DNA of 16,505 nucleotides from a virus (Duplodnaviria; Heunggongvirae; Uroviricota; Caudoviricetes): IMG/VR virus record IMGVR_UViG_2609459834_000006, positions 1 to 16,505 of that record; one strand, 5' to 3'. Shown piece by piece: positions 8,404 to 15,210 of this stretch (position 1 is its first letter; each line of letters starts with the position of its first letter). The notes under the pieces were generated by a model. It saw only the letters and a program-made list of their open reading frames with translations, ran no database searches and was not told where the DNA came from. The position numbers and the translations under genes were made by a program.

Positions 8404-9231
8404 TTAAACTTGGGGAAGTATTTTTTTTGCAAAATCAATAGTTTCTTTGTGGTTGGATGCAGGTATATGATTTATTTTCTTAGCATCCATAGTTCTCTTT
8501 ATGATGTCAATAACTTTGCTTTGGCCTGAGTTTGGTGATTCAGGAGTTTCAATTGTGAATAAAATGTCATCAAGTGAAAGCAGGTTTTCTTCTGCTGCTC
8601 GAGTTATTCTCATCACCCAAGTATCACTATGCTCCATCATTTTTCCTGGTTCAGCTTGAGTGAATGCCAGAGGTTTGATGGCACATTGGATCCTGTCATG
8701 CTTCTTGGCGACCAATGGCATTGAGAACTTTGCGAAATACCCATCAATGGTTGCTTGTTTGAAGAGGTTCTTCAATCCATCTATTCTATCGATACTTCGT
8801 TTTAGCTCTCTGGCTAGAACATCTTCACGGCGCTCTTTTGTGTAGTCAGAGTGGTTTACATATTTATTGTAAATGCGGGCCAGCTCTTCTTTTGGGTTTT
8901 CGCTGAGAATCACTCTCGTAGAACTGAACTGAAAAATTGATTCTTTTTTGTTTGTAAAATATCTGAAGAATTGTGCAAGTTGTTGATGTCCAACAATCTG
9001 GGTCGCATGCATTTTTGCGAACTGTAGTTCTCTTTGTATTGAGTCTTTTGCTACAGGGAAAATACAATCATCATGGAAAAAATTCTTTACACGAGAGTCA
9101 TTTCGCTTTGTGAGCTGGAAATCAAAGTAATTTTCTTTTGGCGCGCACAGAAGTACGCCTATGTTTGCGAACTCTTCAGTCTCCGCATAAGGCGCATAGC
9201 GAACGATGCTATATAGGCATGGAGTTGTCAT
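8404..9231 (-). CDS. DUF3037-like protein, 275 aa; putative partner of the adjacent kinase
   Basis: ATG at 9229-9231 overlaps the kinase stop (ATGA). The N-terminus MTTPCLYSIVRYAPYAETEEFANIGVLLCAP fits the conserved DUF3037 signature as I recall it (Y..vlRy.P....EfvNiGvvl). AT-rich codon usage unlike flanking lambda-type genes. The track ORF starts at an upstream TTG. Confidence 0.7.
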   Translation of the reverse strand: MTTPCLYSIVRYAPYAETEEFANIGVLLCAPKENYFDFQLTKRNDSRVKNFFHDDCIFPVAKDSIQRELQFAKMHATQIVGHQQLAQFFRYFTNKKESIFQFSSTRVILSENPKEELARIYNKYVNHSDYTKERREDVLARELKRSIDRIDGLKNLFKQATIDGYFAKFSMPLVAKKHDRIQCAIKPLAFTQAEPGKMMEHSDTWVMRITRAAEENLLSLDDILFTIETPESPNSGQSKVIDIIKRTMDAKKINHIPASNHKETIDFAKKILPQV

Positions 9232-9977
9232 TCTATTGCGCTCCAAAATTCATCACAATCACCTTTGTCTAGCGTAGTGCAGACAAAAGGTAAAAACTCC
9301 TCATCTACTATCCACTCTTCTGGAATTTCGTCAAGGATAGCAGGAAGCTTGTGTAAACTGTTAACGACCCTCTGGCGGTACTCTACGCGATCCACTAAAT
9401 CATATTGCCATTTGCGGTTACCAGGGCCGTACACGTGCACAGAAAAATCTTCAGGTCCAGCATTCTGATCAAATGAGAGATTATGGTCAATCAGATAATA
9501 CTTATCGTTACTGATGTCATAAAGGATGTTAACGTTTCCACCTTTGTCAGTAAGCGTTCTGTCTGCATTTAATATCCATTTATCAAAAACATAGATTAAT
9601 TTTTGCTGTTCGACTGGGATGATCGTTTCGTTTCTTGACTGCGTAAACGTTAACGCTATTGCACCGTCAATGAACAATGAAGCAAAGGCATATCCTGTAC
9701 AAATTTGTTGCTGCAGATCAGGCGAGTACTCTATAAGTTCCTCTGGCACAAATACGATTTTAAAGTCAGGTAAAGGAAGGCCGATATCATTAGCCAAACA
9801 CGCCGAAATGAACTCAGCTAAGAGATTTTTCGGGGGCATTGATGGTTTTGACTTCAAAACATACAACTGCCCATCATCACATTTGCAAAGAAATGGCTGA
9901 GTGGAACCTTCATTGATGCGACGTATTACCTCAACGACATTAGGTATTGCACTATTGCTGCTCGCTACGCACTCCAT
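9228..9977 (-). CDS. Small HipA-like / atypical Ser-Thr kinase-fold protein, 249 aa
   Basis: ATG at 9975-9977 (track ORF begins one codon upstream at GTG) with AAGGG upstream. Motifs: YVLK (candidate ATP-binding Lys), VFDKWILNADRTLTDKGGNVNILYD (compare HipA VFN.LIGNTDDHAKN...LYD) and YYLIDHNLSF (metal-binding Asp). This is a by-eye call, not an HMM hit. AT-rich. Confidence 0.7.
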   Translation of the reverse strand: MECVASSNSAIPNVVEVIRRINEGSTQPFLCKCDDGQLYVLKSKPSMPPKNLLAEFISACLANDIGLPLPDFKIVFVPEELIEYSPDLQQQICTGYAFASLFIDGAIALTFTQSRNETIIPVEQQKLIYVFDKWILNADRTLTDKGGNVNILYDISNDKYYLIDHNLSFDQNAGPEDFSVHVYGPGNRKWQYDLVDRVEYRQRVVNSLHKLPAILDEIPEEWIVDEEFLPFVCTTLDKGDCDEFWSAIE

Positions 9978-10099
9978 CACTAACCCTTATGTGATTCAAG
10001 TCTTCCATCTCATTACTCCGCATCTCAAAGAGCGGTTTAACACTGCGTGTTTAAAGAAAAACAACAGGCCTATTGCTGTAACTGTTTTTTAGCCTCACT

Positions 10100-10789
10100 T
10101 TAACCATGCTTCCTATATGTCTGCGGCATGCTCCCAATAACCTTACCGAAGATAAACACCCGGTTCATCTCGTCTTTCTCGATCGGGTCCCACGGTGAGT
10201 AGCTCTTGTTATCAGAGATAACCAGCAGCTTATCCTTCATCATTTGCAGGCGCTTTACATGGGCTGTGTCGTCGTACAGAAACGCATAGATACCATCACC
10301 GTCGAAAGATTTAACAGTGATATCAACGAACAAAAGATCACCTGGTTCGATCGTTCCTGACATGCTGTCACCGCGTACGTTAATGATGCGGATATTTTCT
10401 GCCTTCCTGCCATCGAACATGTGACGAGCATCGTCAAACGAGTACTCAACCGAGCGTAGGACTTCTACAAACTCACGGTTGATGACTCCCGGCCCGGCAC
10501 TCACTTCTATATCAAGAACGTCAATCTTGAAGTATTTGGAATGGCTGACAGTGGATTGTATTGGTTGCACTGTACTGTCTGACATATTTCCAACGCCAGA
10601 AGATAACCATTCTGCGCGCACACCCAAAGCGTTCGCGATCTCCACGATTTTAGTTGTTTGGTTAGCTTTCCCTGTTTCGATTTTCTGAATAGCAGCTTGG
10701 CTAACCCCGACCAAATCCCCAAGCGCCTTTTGTGTAAGGCCTCGCGCTAATCTGGCTTCTTTAAGTCTTTCTGAGAGTGTTGTTTTCAT
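10100..10789 (-). CDS. cI: Prophage CI-type repressor (XRE HTH + S24 LexA-like autopeptidase domain), 229 aa
   Basis: MKTTLSERLKEARLARGLTQKALGDLVGVSQAAIQKIETGKANQTTKIVEIANALGV... (HTH) and C-terminal ...VRGDSMSGTIEPGDLLFVD...HVKRL (Ser/Lys dyad). The ATG at 10787-10789 was chosen over the track's upstream start to match the HTH N-terminus. Confidence 0.9.
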   Translation of the reverse strand: MKTTLSERLKEARLARGLTQKALGDLVGVSQAAIQKIETGKANQTTKIVEIANALGVRAEWLSSGVGNMSDSTVQPIQSTVSHSKYFKIDVLDIEVSAGPGVINREFVEVLRSVEYSFDDARHMFDGRKAENIRIINVRGDSMSGTIEPGDLLFVDITVKSFDGDGIYAFLYDDTAHVKRLQMMKDKLLVISDNKSYSPWDPIEKDEMNRVFIFGKVIGSMPQTYRKHG

Positions 10790-10893
10790 AGTCCAAATGT
10801 ACAACCAAGGTTTTATTTCATCAAACGAAAATGGTTGTTGACTAAAAACAACCATAGTTTTAATCTTGATTCAAATTAACCACGGAGGTTGTT
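10790..10893. promoter_or_regulatory. Immunity-region divergent promoter/operator (OR; pR rightward, pRM leftward)
   Basis: pR: TTGACT (10838-10843), 17-nt spacer, TAATCT (10861-10866), then GGAGG and the cro ATG. Operator palindrome ATGGTTGTT-gactaaa-AACAACCAT at 10831-10855 overlaps the -35; another ACAACCA half-site sits at about 10801. Confidence 0.75.
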
Positions 10894-11124
10894 ATGAACC
10901 CAGCTATCAAAACAGCGATCAATATCGTTGGTTCACAAAAGAAACTGGGCGCTGCCTGTGAAGTTTCGCAGCAGGCCGTCTATAAGTGGCTTCACAACAA
11001 AGCAAAGGTATCCCCTGAACATGTCGGCAGCATTGTTACGGCTACTGGTGGAGTAGTGAAGGCATACCAGATTCGCCCGGATCTTCCGAAGTTGTTTCCA
11101 CACACCGAAAAGAACGCAGCTTAA
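10894..11124 (+). CDS. cro: Cro-like HTH regulator (YdaS-like), 76 aa
   Basis: MNPAIKTAINIVGSQKKLGAACEVSQQAVYKWLHNKAKVSPEHVGSIVTATGGVVKAYQIRPDL...; divergent from cI; RBS GGAGG. Confidence 0.85.
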   Translation: MNPAIKTAINIVGSQKKLGAACEVSQQAVYKWLHNKAKVSPEHVGSIVTATGGVVKAYQIRPDLPKLFPHTEKNAA

Positions 11125-11146
11125 ATTTCCATTTCACGCTCTTTAA

Positions 11147-11159
11147 CAATAAGCAATCA
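11147..11159 (+). promoter_or_regulatory. boxA-like element (CGCTCTTTAACAA) in the nutR-equivalent position
   Basis: Exact rrn/lambda-type boxA consensus between cro and the next gene; no obvious boxB hairpin follows. Confidence 0.5.
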
Positions 11160-11193
11160 ACTTAACAGTCAATTCAAACTAAAGGAGTCAATT

Positions 11194-11733
11194 ATGCAAC
11201 CACTTACATACCAACAGACTAGCGGATTTACCCCGACAGCGGTGATAAATCGTTCTCAAACAAAACAGGTGCCAGGCCACGAAAAAATCCGTGATGCCGT
11301 CCGCGCCTGGTCGGCTGAAGATAATCAGGATGTCGTTGCCGCACTCATTGTGAATGAGTATCGAGCACAGGGCGGCGGCACCATCGATTTCCCTGATGAT
11401 GTCAGCCGTGCACGCCAGAAGCTGTTCCGCTTCCTCGATAACAAATTCGATTCTGAAAAATACCGAAATAACGTGCGTGAATTGACCCCGGCAATTCTGG
11501 CGGTACTACCGCTGGAATATCGCGGCCACTTGGTTGAGCAGGATAGCTTCATGGCTCGGCTGGCTGAAATGGAAAAGGAACTCAGTGAGGCAAAACAGGC
11601 TGTCATTCTCAACGCACCACGCCACCAGAAACTGAAGGAGATGAGTGAAGGCATTGTGTCGATGTTTCGTGTGGACCCGGACCTGGCTGGTCCATTGATG
11701 GCGATGGTCACCACCATGCTGGGGGCAATATGA
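11194..11733 (+). CDS. YdaT-like protein (cII-position regulator), 179 aa
   Basis: MQPLTYQQTSGFTPTAVINRSQTKQVPGHEKIRDAVRAWSAEDNQDVVAALIVNEYRAQ... with RBS AAGGAG. Resembles Rac-prophage YdaT-family proteins that follow YdaS-like cro. Confidence 0.7.
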   Translation: MQPLTYQQTSGFTPTAVINRSQTKQVPGHEKIRDAVRAWSAEDNQDVVAALIVNEYRAQGGGTIDFPDDVSRARQKLFRFLDNKFDSEKYRNNVRELTPAILAVLPLEYRGHLVEQDSFMARLAEMEKELSEAKQAVILNAPRHQKLKEMSEGIVSMFRVDPDLAGPLMAMVTTMLGAI

Positions 11734-11819
11734 CAGGTTCAGAAATGGCGAAAGCCGGTCTGCGCGAACAGAACCGACTTTCAGGTGCAAATCGTAACAC
11801 ACTCATTGCGGGAGGAATT

Positions 11820-12749
11820 ATGGCAAACACTGCTGAGATATTCAATTTTCCAGTGCCGGATGTGGCACAAAAGGAGCCGCGCGTGGCAGATCTCGATGAT
11901 GGTTATACGCGCATTGCAAATGAGTTGCTGGAAGCTGTGATGCTGGCCGGATTAACACAGCACCAGCTTCTGGTCTTCCTGGCTGTCATGCGCAAAACAT
12001 ATGGCTTTAATAAAAAACTGGATTGGGTGAGCAACGAGCAACTTTCCGAGTTGACCGGGATATTGCCGCACAAGTGTTCTGCTGCAAAAAGTGTTCTGGT
12101 AAAGCGTGGGATTTTTATTCAGAGCGGGCGGAATATCGGCATTAATAATGTGGTCAGTGAATGGTCAACATTACCCGAATCAGGTAAGAAAAATAAAGTT
12201 TACCTGAAAGAGGTAAATTTACCTGAATCAGGTAAGAAAAGTTTACCCAAATCAGGTAAAGGCACTTACCCGAATCAGGTAAACACAAAAGACAAACTAA
12301 CAAAAGACAATATAAAACCTTATTCGTCCGAGAATTCTGGCGAATACTCTGACCAGCCAGAAAACGACCTTCCTGTGGTGAAACCGGATGCTGCGATTCA
12401 GAGCGGCAGCAAGTGGGGGACAGCAGAAGACCTGACCGCCGCAGAGTGGATGTTTGACATGGTGAAGACCATCGCGCCATCAGCCAGAAAACCGAATTTT
12501 GCAGGGTGGGCCAACGACATCCGCCTGATGCGTGAGCGTGACGGGCGTAACCATCGCGACATGTGCGTTCTGTTCCGCTGGGCCTGCCAGGACAACTTTT
12601 GGTCTGGTAACGTGCTGAGCCCGGCCAAACTTCGCGACAAATGGACCCAACTCGAAATCAACCGTAACAAACAACAGGCTGGCGTGACAGCCGGAAAATC
12701 AAAACTCGACCTGACAAACACTGACTGGATTTATGGGGTGGATTTATGA
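11820..12749 (+). CDS. O: Replication initiator O (lambda O-like), 309 aa
   Basis: ATG 11820 with RBS GGAGGA; MANTAEIFNFPVPDVAQKEPRVADLDDGYTRIANELLEAVMLAGLTQHQLLVFLAVMRKTYGFNK... aligns with the lambda O N-terminus (MTNTAKILNF...VADLDDGY). Iterons are embedded in the coding sequence. An in-frame ATG at 11730 overlaps the upstream stop and is a less likely alternative. Confidence 0.88.
   Translation: MANTAEIFNFPVPDVAQKEPRVADLDDGYTRIANELLEAVMLAGLTQHQLLVFLAVMRKTYGFNKKLDWVSNEQLSELTGILPHKCSAAKSVLVKRGIFIQSGRNIGINNVVSEWSTLPESGKKNKVYLKEVNLPESGKKSLPKSGKGTYPNQVNTKDKLTKDNIKPYSSENSGEYSDQPENDLPVVKPDAAIQSGSKWGTAEDLTAAEWMFDMVKTIAPSARKPNFAGWANDIRLMRERDGRNHRDMCVLFRWACQDNFWSGNVLSPAKLRDKWTQLEINRNKQQAGVTAGKSKLDLTNTDWIYGVDL
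12171..12285 (+). repeat. Replication origin iterons (5 copies of TTACC(C/T)GAA(T/A)(C/G)AGGTAA) followed by an AT-rich stretch to about 12320
   Basis: Repeats at about 12171, 12200, 12218, 12241 and 12266, each with internal dyad TTACC...GGTAA; then ACACAAAAGACAAACTAACAAAAGACAATATAAAACC. Confidence 0.85.
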
Positions 12750-13447
12750 AAAACATCGCCGCACAGATGGTTAACTTTGACCGTGAGCAGATGTGCCGGA
12801 TCGCCAATAACATGCCGGAACAGTACGACGAAAAGCCGCAGGTACAGCAGGTAGCGCAGATAATCAACGGTGTATTCAGCCAGTTATTGGCAACTTTCCC
12901 AGCGAGCCTGGCTAACCGGGACCAGAACGAACTGAACGAAATCCGCCGCCAGTGGGTGCTGGCTTTTCGGGAAAACGGGATCACCACAATGGAACAGGTT
13001 AACGCTGGAATGCGCGTAGCCCGTCGGCAGAATCGACCATTCCTGCCATCACCCGGGCAGTTTGTTGCCTGGTGCCGGGAAGAAGCATCCGTTACCGCCG
13101 GGCTGCCAAACGCCAGCGAGCTGGTTGATATGGTTTACGAGTATTGCCGGAAGCGCGGGCTGTATCCGGATGCAGAGTCTTATCCGTGGAAATCAAACGC
13201 GCACTACTGGCTGGTTACCAACCTGTATCAGAACATGCGGGCCAATGCGTTGACTGACGCGGAATTACGGCGCAAGGCTGCCGATGAACTGTCCTGTATG
13301 ACCGCACGAATTAACCGTGGTGAGGCGATACCTGAACCAGTAAAACAACTTCCTGTCATGGGCGGTAGACCACTTAACCGGGCTCAGGCTCTGGCGAAGA
13401 TCGCAGAAATCAAAGCTAAGTTCGGACTGAAAGGAGCCAGTGTATGA
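12746..13447 (+). CDS. P: Replication protein P (DnaB helicase loader), 233 aa
   Basis: MKNIAAQMVNFDREQMCRIANNMPEQYDEKPQVQQVAQIINGVFSQLLATFPASLANRDQNE... is near-identical to lambda P as recalled; ATGA overlap with O. Confidence 0.95.
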   Translation: MKNIAAQMVNFDREQMCRIANNMPEQYDEKPQVQQVAQIINGVFSQLLATFPASLANRDQNELNEIRRQWVLAFRENGITTMEQVNAGMRVARRQNRPFLPSPGQFVAWCREEASVTAGLPNASELVDMVYEYCRKRGLYPDAESYPWKSNAHYWLVTNLYQNMRANALTDAELRRKAADELSCMTARINRGEAIPEPVKQLPVMGGRPLNRAQALAKIAEIKAKFGLKGASV

Positions 13448-13737
13448 CAGGCAAAGAGGCAATTCTTCACTACCTGAAAACGCACCGGACTTTCTGCGCG
13501 CCGGATGTAGCTGCGGCAACAGGCGTGACTGTAACCAGCATCAATCAGGCAGCAGCCAAAATGGCACGGGCAGGAATCCTGGTCGTTGATCGCAAGGTCT
13601 GGCGAACGGTGTATTACCGGTTCGCTACCAGGGAGGAGCGGGAAGGAAAGGTGAGCACGAACCTGATTTTCAAGGAGTGTCGCCAGAGTGCCGTGATGAA
13701 ACGGGTATTGATGTTTTGGGGGAGGGTAGGGGTATAA
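13444..13737 (+). CDS. ren: Ren (Rex exclusion relief), 97 aa
   Basis: MTGKEAILHYLKTHRTFCAPDVAAATGVTVTSINQAAAKMARAGILVVDRKVWRTVYYRFATREEREGK... matches lambda Ren; ATGA overlap with P. Confidence 0.9.
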   Translation: MTGKEAILHYLKTHRTFCAPDVAAATGVTVTSINQAAAKMARAGILVVDRKVWRTVYYRFATREEREGKVSTNLIFKECRQSAVMKRVLMFWGRVGV

Positions 13738-14025
13738 GCGAAACGTTATGAGTGTGTGGGTATTCGTGCCATTGCGATGTGGTAGAGAGTGCTGAGGGCG
13801 TCATGGTTGTGTTGCGAAGACTACGTTGCACTTGAGCAGGATCTTGCAGAATTTGAGCGCGAGTTCCGTGTTGCTGATGCGACTATACCCTCGATGTAGA
13901 GGAACTTAATTAGCTGATTGTAATTCAATATGCCTACTAAGACCGGTTGGGTATGAACTAGTAAAGGCTGCAAAATCCTATAGAGTGTTAACGCAACCAA
14001 AAACGTTAAGCACGGAGAAAAAAAT

Positions 14026-14778
14026 ATGGATCCTAAATTACTGTATGCCACGTTTAAACGAAATGACGCACCAGCTTGGCGCTGCCCGAACTGTATGAAT
14101 GAAACACTGGAGATTGTCGCTGATAGTTTTGTAGAAACTGATTCAAGCGCAACAACTCAGTTTAGAGATGAAGTATGGTTTGATGAGGAAATGTCGGGAG
14201 GAGTATTCAGTTGCGTGCTGCGCTGTACCCGCCAAGCCTGCCAGGAGAAGGTTGCTTTGTCTGGGCAGGTTGTTGCTGTAGAATGCTTCAATGACGAAAT
14301 GACGGAGCGTTGGTATGTTTCTGGTTTCCGTCCTAAGTATTTCTATCCACCACTTCCTCTATTCCTGTTTCCTGAAAAGTGCCCTGAAGATATAGCTGAT
14401 CTCTTGGCGGAAGTATCAGCTCTGATCCCCTCGCACCCAGCTTCAGCGGTGAACACCATGAGAACCATACTGGAGATGATGCTTGATAGTCTTGATGTAC
14501 CAAGAGAGAAAACAGTTAAAGGCAAGATAATACGTCTTTCTACGCATGAAAGAATCACAAATTATTCAGATAAACTGGGACCAAATAAAGATGCATTCAT
14601 GGCGTTAAAGTGGTTGGGGAATCACGGCAGTCATGGAGGGATTAAAGTCACAAGGTCCTCTATTAATGATGCCTGCATTCTCATTGGTCATTTGATTGAC
14701 TTCTTATTCTTAGAAAGCCCGGATGTAACTATTCATATTGAACGGATAAACAACGTGTATGCACCCAAAAAGGAGTAA
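14026..14778 (+). CDS. Accessory protein with N-terminal Cys-rich zinc-ribbon-like region and C-terminal DUF4145-like region, 250 aa
   Basis: MDPKLLYATFKRNDAPAWRCPNCMNETLEIV...FSCVLRCTRQACQEK (CxxC ... CxxxC....C), and C-terminal ...FMALKWLGNHGSHGG...ILIGHLIDFLF resembling the G-N-x-x-x-H core of DUF4145 as I recall it. RBS GGAG; preceded by a 290-bp AT-rich non-coding gap. Confidence 0.7.
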   Translation: MDPKLLYATFKRNDAPAWRCPNCMNETLEIVADSFVETDSSATTQFRDEVWFDEEMSGGVFSCVLRCTRQACQEKVALSGQVVAVECFNDEMTERWYVSGFRPKYFYPPLPLFLFPEKCPEDIADLLAEVSALIPSHPASAVNTMRTILEMMLDSLDVPREKTVKGKIIRLSTHERITNYSDKLGPNKDAFMALKWLGNHGSHGGIKVTRSSINDACILIGHLIDFLFLESPDVTIHIERINNVYAPKKE

Positions 14779-14789
14779 AACGTAACGCC

Positions 14790-15038
14790 ATGTCGAAGCG
14801 GAATATTGCCGCTAAAACACAAGAAGAGCGCGAGAAGGTTAACGTTGACCTTGCTGTCTCCTGAGTTACCTACAAAGAGCGCCTTAATATACCGGTTATT
14901 GCCGAAGCGGTGATGCGTGAGCAGCCTGAGCATTTGCGGGACTATTTTTTGGAGCGGCCACGACATTACCGCGAGCAGAGCATCGCGCTGCCCAAGGCAT
15001 CCGCTCCTCGACATCTTAAGCAGGAAGGTGAAAAATGA
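14790..15038 (+). pseudogene. Small reading frame with an in-frame TGA (24 codons, TGA at 14862-14864, then 57 sense codons to the stop at 15036-15038); possibly a degraded gene or a 41-aa ORF from ATG 14913
   Basis: Translation [81 protein letters not shown]. The stop overlaps the next ATG (ATGA at 15035-15038). Confidence 0.35.
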
Positions 15039-15210
15039 TAAGTGCAGAAGGACTGCAGCGGTTACTTAATTTATCGGAGCCTCCATCTGATGAACTGATT
15101 GATGTTTATCTTCAATTCTGCATGATTTTTCCTAGGGTCGAGCAAAGTTTTTTTGGTGGCTTTGCTAAGGGGGAAGACAGTTTAAATTATGCGCGAACGA
15201 GCCTGTACAT
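15035..15210 (+). pseudogene. 5' portion of a gene apparently truncated by the IS256-family insertion
   Basis: [56 protein letters not shown]... The reading frame then runs into the IS terminal repeat region (about 15205-15229) and yields low-complexity sequence. Confidence 0.45.

Noticed and set aside
8404-9977. Possibility that the two cI-downstream genes are rexA and rexB
   Set aside because: Sizes and sequences do not fit: RexB is a small multi-pass membrane protein, whereas the downstream gene here is a 275-aa soluble-looking DUF3037-like protein and the upstream one has kinase-like motifs.
11730-11819. Extended start of O at ATG 11730 (339 aa), overlapping the upstream stop
   Set aside because: The ATG at 11820 has a canonical GGAGGA RBS and yields an N-terminus that aligns with lambda O; the extension is not excluded but is less likely.
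12171-12285. Direct repeats considered as a possible CRISPR array
   Set aside because: Only about 18-bp repeats with 5 to 12 bp between them, lying inside the O coding frame and followed by an AT-rich segment: the classic lambdoid ori iteron arrangement.
12154-12987. Minus-strand ORFs of 64 to 109 aa inside O and P
   Set aside because: Antisense to strongly recognised replication genes; iteron-derived repetitive translation.
13821-14051. 76-aa minus-strand ORF in the ren/DUF4145 intergenic region
   Set aside because: Lies in an AT-rich promoter-like gap, overlaps the start of the DUF4145-like gene on the opposite strand, and has no RBS.
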